In this document: piece by piece, positions 60,601 through 64,000 of the stretch | How the letters are laid out: every line of letters begins with the position of its first letter | Position numbering within the stretch: position 1 is the stretch's first letter | Sequence record: MT995927.1 | DNA: 64,000 nucleotides | Strand: one strand, 5' to 3' | Notes under the pieces: generated by a model | Told to the model about the DNA's origin: nothing | Databases searched by the model: none | Seen by the model: the letters and a program-made list of their open reading frames with translations, nothing else | Position numbers and translations under genes: made by a program

Positions 60601-61690
60601 TAAATACTAGCGCCTTCTAGGAGCAATCCTAGTCGAATAACCTATCTAAACGGGGAAACTCTCTATGAGACAATCCCGTGCTAAATTGACTACGGTCATA
60701 AATGCCTAACGACTATCGAAACCACTCTGAGAAGAGGAAGGGAGTAGAGTAGGACCAAGTGGTCCGAAAAGGTAGGGGTCTCTTTTTAAGAGATCGTGAT
60801 ATAGTCTGTCCTGCATGGAGACATGCAGCGGTTTACTTAATGACTCCGCCAGATAAGGAGGGTGTTATTAATGACGTAGCTTATGTGTATTGCCTATTCA
60901 CCAAAGAAGGAAAGGTATATGTCGGAAGTGCGCGAGATTTAGTTAAGCGCGTTCAACGACATTTCAGAGACCTTAGTAATTCCAAGCACCATAACTACCC
61001 ATTACAACAAGAATACGATAACGGTGAAAGATTCTCGTTAAAGTACTATCGTTGTGAAAGTCGGGAATCAGCATTTACACTCGAACAGATGTGGATAACC
61101 AAGCATGAAGAAGAAGGTAACCTTCTTAATATTGGTAGACACTCCAAGGGTGGTGATAACTTAACCAGGCATAACCTCAAAGAACAAATCATCGAGAAGC
61201 GGAGTGATACAATACGTATCAGACTTGATGAGATTGGAGCCGAGGCTCGTCAGGAAAAGTATGGTCGACCAGGTGAGCAGAATGGGATGTATGGTCGTAC
61301 TCACACAGAAGAAGTTAAGGTAGCTCTATCCGAGTTACACACGGGTAACACTTACCGTCTTGGCATTAAAGCTAGTGATGAGACAAGAGCCAGGATGTCG
61401 GAGATAGCTTCTCAGAGAACAGGCGAACGTAATCCATTCTACGGTAAAACACATTCCGAAGAAACCAGAAAAAAGTTGGCGGATAACAAACGCGGTATAA
61501 AGCCAACTAACTCAAACAAACTTGAAGTGGACGGTGTTGTTTATTTATCCCAGGCCGATGCAGCTAAGGCTCTCGGAGTATCACAGGGTACAATAACATA
61601 CCGAATTAACAGCAAGAATCCAAAGTATTCTGGTTATAAAGTCATTTAAGTAAACGGCTCAGGATTAACGACCCTGGGTGAACATAAGAG
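60601..61690 (+). mobile_element. group I intron (IA2-like, 1090 nt) in thyA
   Basis: P1 GCGUUA/UAGCGC with U-G at splice site; P3 CCUAUCU/AGGUAGG; P7 GACUA/UAGUC; terminal G 61690; splicing restores YQR-SVDTFLG. Confidence 0.93.
60840..61649 (+). CDS. intron-encoded GIY-YIG homing endonuclease with NUMOD3 repeats (start uncertain)
   Basis: AYVY..KVYVGS..KR..H; NGMYGRTH, NPFYGKTHSEE; C-terminal YLSQADAAKALG; track start 60759 lies in ribozyme core. Confidence 0.88.
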   Translation: MTPPDKEGVINDVAYVYCLFTKEGKVYVGSARDLVKRVQRHFRDLSNSKHHNYPLQQEYDNGERFSLKYYRCESRESAFTLEQMWITKHEEEGNLLNIGRHSKGGDNLTRHNLKEQIIEKRSDTIRIRLDEIGAEARQEKYGRPGEQNGMYGRTHTEEVKVALSELHTGNTYRLGIKASDETRARMSEIASQRTGERNPFYGKTHSEETRKKLADNKRGIKPTNSNKLEVDGVVYLSQADAAKALGVSQGTITYRINSKNPKYSGYKVI

Positions 61691-61993
61691 AGCGTCGATA
61701 CTTTCTTAGGAAAACCCTTTAACATCACGTTCTATAGTCTGCTTACTCATATGCTGGCTAACCAAATGAATATGATTGCTGAAGAGTTTATCTGGGCTGG
61801 TGGTGATGTACATATTTACTCTAACCACCAAGAACAAACTGATCTTCAATTAACTCGTGAGCCAAAGGTTCTACCTATCATCCGCTTTAAAGAAGAAGCT
61901 ATTGGTAAAGATATTCGGGAAATTGGTGTAGATGATTTTGTTATCGAGAACTATGAATATCATCCACACATTGCCGGTAAAGTTGCTGTTTAA
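61691..61993 (+). CDS. thyA: thymidylate synthase exon 2 (100 aa)
   Basis: SVDTFLGKPFNITFY, GGDVHIYSNH, YEYHPHIAGKVAV. Confidence 0.95.
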   Translation, partial: SVDTFLGKPFNITFYSLLTHMLANQMNMIAEEFIWAGGDVHIYSNHQEQTDLQLTREPKVLPIIRFKEEAIGKDIREIGVDDFVIENYEYHPHIAGKVAV

Positions 61994-62000
61994 CATAAAC

Positions 62001-62018
62001 GCCTCCCTTCGGGGAGGC
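62001..62018 (+). terminator. hairpin after thyA
   Basis: GCCTCCC-TTCG-GGGAGGC-TTATTTT. Confidence 0.8.
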
Positions 62019-62077
62019 TTTATTTTCCCTTGGTGGAATAATGAACTTCTTGCTTTTTGAAAAAAGGTAGGTGAATA

Positions 62078-62911
62078 ATGGATCCACGTCATCCGGTTAG
62101 TGGCGAGATGCGTTCAGTCATTGATACAGAACTAACTAGAATTGAACAGAAATATGGTGTAAAGATTATTTATGCCTGTGAGTCCGGTAGTCGTGGTTGG
62201 GGTTTCGCTTCTACTAATAGTGATTATGATGTTCGCTTTATTTATGTTAACCATCCGAGACATTACGTTCGTGTGGATAATGAAGCACGTGATACTATCG
62301 AAGAGATGGTATCTAAAGAACTAGACCTTGCTGGTTGGAACATCACTAAGACTCTTCAACTTGCTTACAAGTCTAACCCCACTCTCTTGGAATGGCTAAA
62401 CTCCCCAATCGTTTACCGTAAGGTTGATTGTGACTACAAGTTAATCCGTGATGCTGCACTAAAGCACTTCATCCCTGAATCGAGTTACATGCATTATATC
62501 TCGATGGCCAAACAAAACAAAATGCGTTGGTTGTCAGATGAGAAGGTCCGGATGAAGAAGTACTTCTATTCTCTTCGTCCTCTGTTGGCTGCAATGTGGG
62601 TCCGTGAAAGTCCGGAACATCCACCGATGGTATTCCATGACCTACTGCCTCTTCTGTCAGATCCTATCCTTTATAAACGTATCCAAGAACTGGTTAATGA
62701 TAAGGTTGGGTCTATTGAACAGGATCTGATAGATCGTTGCCCTATATTAGATCAGTTCATCGATTTTCAATTGAGTCGTGAGAAACCAGACTTCGGTAAA
62801 TACGAACGTCCGGACATCTATACACTTACCGATCTAGCCTGGCATTTTGTTGACCAATACAAGCTCGACACATTCGCGAAACTACAGGATATCGAACGAA
62901 GAAAATATTAG
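62078..62911 (+). CDS. predicted nucleotidyltransferase (YcgL/RlaP-like, Pol-beta superfamily)
   Basis: ACESGSRGWGFASTNSDYDVRFIY, SNPTLLEWLNSP, KKYFYSLRPLLA. Confidence 0.85.
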   Translation: MDPRHPVSGEMRSVIDTELTRIEQKYGVKIIYACESGSRGWGFASTNSDYDVRFIYVNHPRHYVRVDNEARDTIEEMVSKELDLAGWNITKTLQLAYKSNPTLLEWLNSPIVYRKVDCDYKLIRDAALKHFIPESSYMHYISMAKQNKMRWLSDEKVRMKKYFYSLRPLLAAMWVRESPEHPPMVFHDLLPLLSDPILYKRIQELVNDKVGSIEQDLIDRCPILDQFIDFQLSREKPDFGKYERPDIYTLTDLAWHFVDQYKLDTFAKLQDIERRKY

Positions 62912-62960
62912 TCAATAAAGAAAAAAGTTTAATACCATCTTATTAAAAGGAAAATATTTT

Positions 62961-63461
62961 ATGCTATTTAAAGATGAACTATGCATCGAAAATATCTTAG
63001 TAAAAGAAAAACTATATCTAGTTAGAAATATTGGTAGGAATCGTGAGGTATATCCTAATCCAGAAGTAATGTATAAGGATATTAAGAAGTTCACTAAAAC
63101 GTATGGTGTGATTCCAATGCAGTTCTTAGGGCCACTACTTCATGAAATCGTTGAACGAGAAGATTTCGCCTTAAGAGAAAAAGAAGCACAGAAATTCATT
63201 GATAATAATCCTTATACTTTAGTTGAACCTATCGGTAATATTCATCTTGACTACGTTATTCGTAATTATATTATCCCAACTACTACTGATCCAGATTGTA
63301 ATAAATTCACTATTAATCTTTATAAGTATAAAGAATTTTTAGAAGCGGTTACTAATAGGTTAAACATGCCATCTTTTTGGGCTGGCTGGATGCCTAATCG
63401 TAATTACTTACTGGCGATGCGTGAACGTCTACTTACCATCCAGGATATTGTGGAAAATTAA
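62961..63461 (+). CDS. hypothetical protein
   Basis: 166 aa ORF. Confidence 0.65.
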   Translation: MLFKDELCIENILVKEKLYLVRNIGRNREVYPNPEVMYKDIKKFTKTYGVIPMQFLGPLLHEIVEREDFALREKEAQKFIDNNPYTLVEPIGNIHLDYVIRNYIIPTTTDPDCNKFTINLYKYKEFLEAVTNRLNMPSFWAGWMPNRNYLLAMRERLLTIQDIVEN

Positions 63462-63560
63462 TGAAGTTTAGAATGTTAAAAGTTAATGTATTCAATTTAC
63501 TCTACTACATACTTTACCCTACTCCATATTGGGGTAGGGGTATTAAGGTGGAGTATAAAT

Positions 63561-63854
63561 ATGTCAAGCAACAAACTAACTGCACAACTTAATCGTCATC
63601 ACAATACTCGTATAGTTAATTATTATGTTTCACTAGCCGCGAGTCTTTATAATGACACTAATCCTTCAGCAAAGGCTAAAGGTAAATGGCGTAAACATAA
63701 TCCGTTTAACTGCGGTAGGTCTCGTTGTATGCTATGTGGTAATCCGCGTAAACATTGGAATAGGATTACTCTTAATGAATTAAAAATAAATATTTCATTA
63801 AAAGAGCAACTCAATGATCTTTATGTAGATTATGCTACGCTGACTGAGGATTAA
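63561..63854 (+). CDS. small basic Cys-containing protein
   Basis: CGRSRCMLCGNPRK motif; ATG 63561 after GGAG. Confidence 0.65.
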   Translation: MSSNKLTAQLNRHHNTRIVNYYVSLAASLYNDTNPSAKAKGKWRKHNPFNCGRSRCMLCGNPRKHWNRITLNELKINISLKEQLNDLYVDYATLTED

Positions 63855-63925
63855 ATTATGCATGAAGAATATGAAGCAATTTAATAGTTTAAATTAATCT
63901 TTTGAAATAAATTTGGAATTAACAA

Positions 63926-64000
63926 ATGAAAGTTAAAAATAAGCAACAACCTAAGTTTGTCAATCTAGCGACCATGCAAGTTGCTTGGCGTTTAAATAAC
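63926..64000 (+). CDS. partial ORF running off window end
   Basis: MKVKNKQQPKFVNLATMQVAWRLNN... Confidence 0.4.
   Translation, partial: MKVKNKQQPKFVNLATMQVAWRLNN

Noticed and set aside
59530-60603. thyA as split/pseudogene with separate 80-aa ORF 61751-61993
   Set aside because: Intron boundaries rejoin the frame exactly (YQR-SVDTFLG)
60759-60839. ORF-track N-terminal extension of the GIY-YIG protein
   Set aside because: Lies inside the ribozyme core (P3, P7), unlikely to be translated
47658-61993. DNA hypermodification pathway from dcd plus enlarged TS
   Set aside because: TS keeps the dUMP-type Asn (PFN); no glycosyltransferase or other modification enzymes recognised

Overview
AT-rich segment of a phiKZ-like jumbo phage (Chimalliviridae-like; host and species cannot be determined from the sequence). 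Left half: the conserved late block, with a gp175-type head maturation protease, virion RNA polymerase beta and beta' subunits, a 2.2-kaa tail protein with a lytic transglycosylase domain and a gp182-like tail protein. Right half: mostly small accessory ORFs in co-directional operons, several starting at TATATTAC early promoters and bounded by GC-rich hairpins, plus dTTP-supply genes (tmk, dcd, thyA), an SF2 helicase, a DEDD exonuclease, a DprA/SLOG protein, an AAA ATPase, an SspB homolog and an RlaP-like nucleotidyltransferase. Two group I introns not resolved by the ORF track were reconstructed: one splits the vRNAP beta' catalytic motif (GAD|FDGD) and carries an HNH gene, the other splits thyA (YQR|S) and carries a GIY-YIG gene. 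Best leads for something new: (1) a Tad1-like immune-signal sponge domain fused to a virion-protein-like N-terminus at the end of the tail gene block (26251-26943); (2) a ~200-nt, ~50% GC structured non-coding island (40561-40763); (3) an elongated SspB keeping a ClpX-binding-like tail. All family calls are from motif recognition, not database searches.
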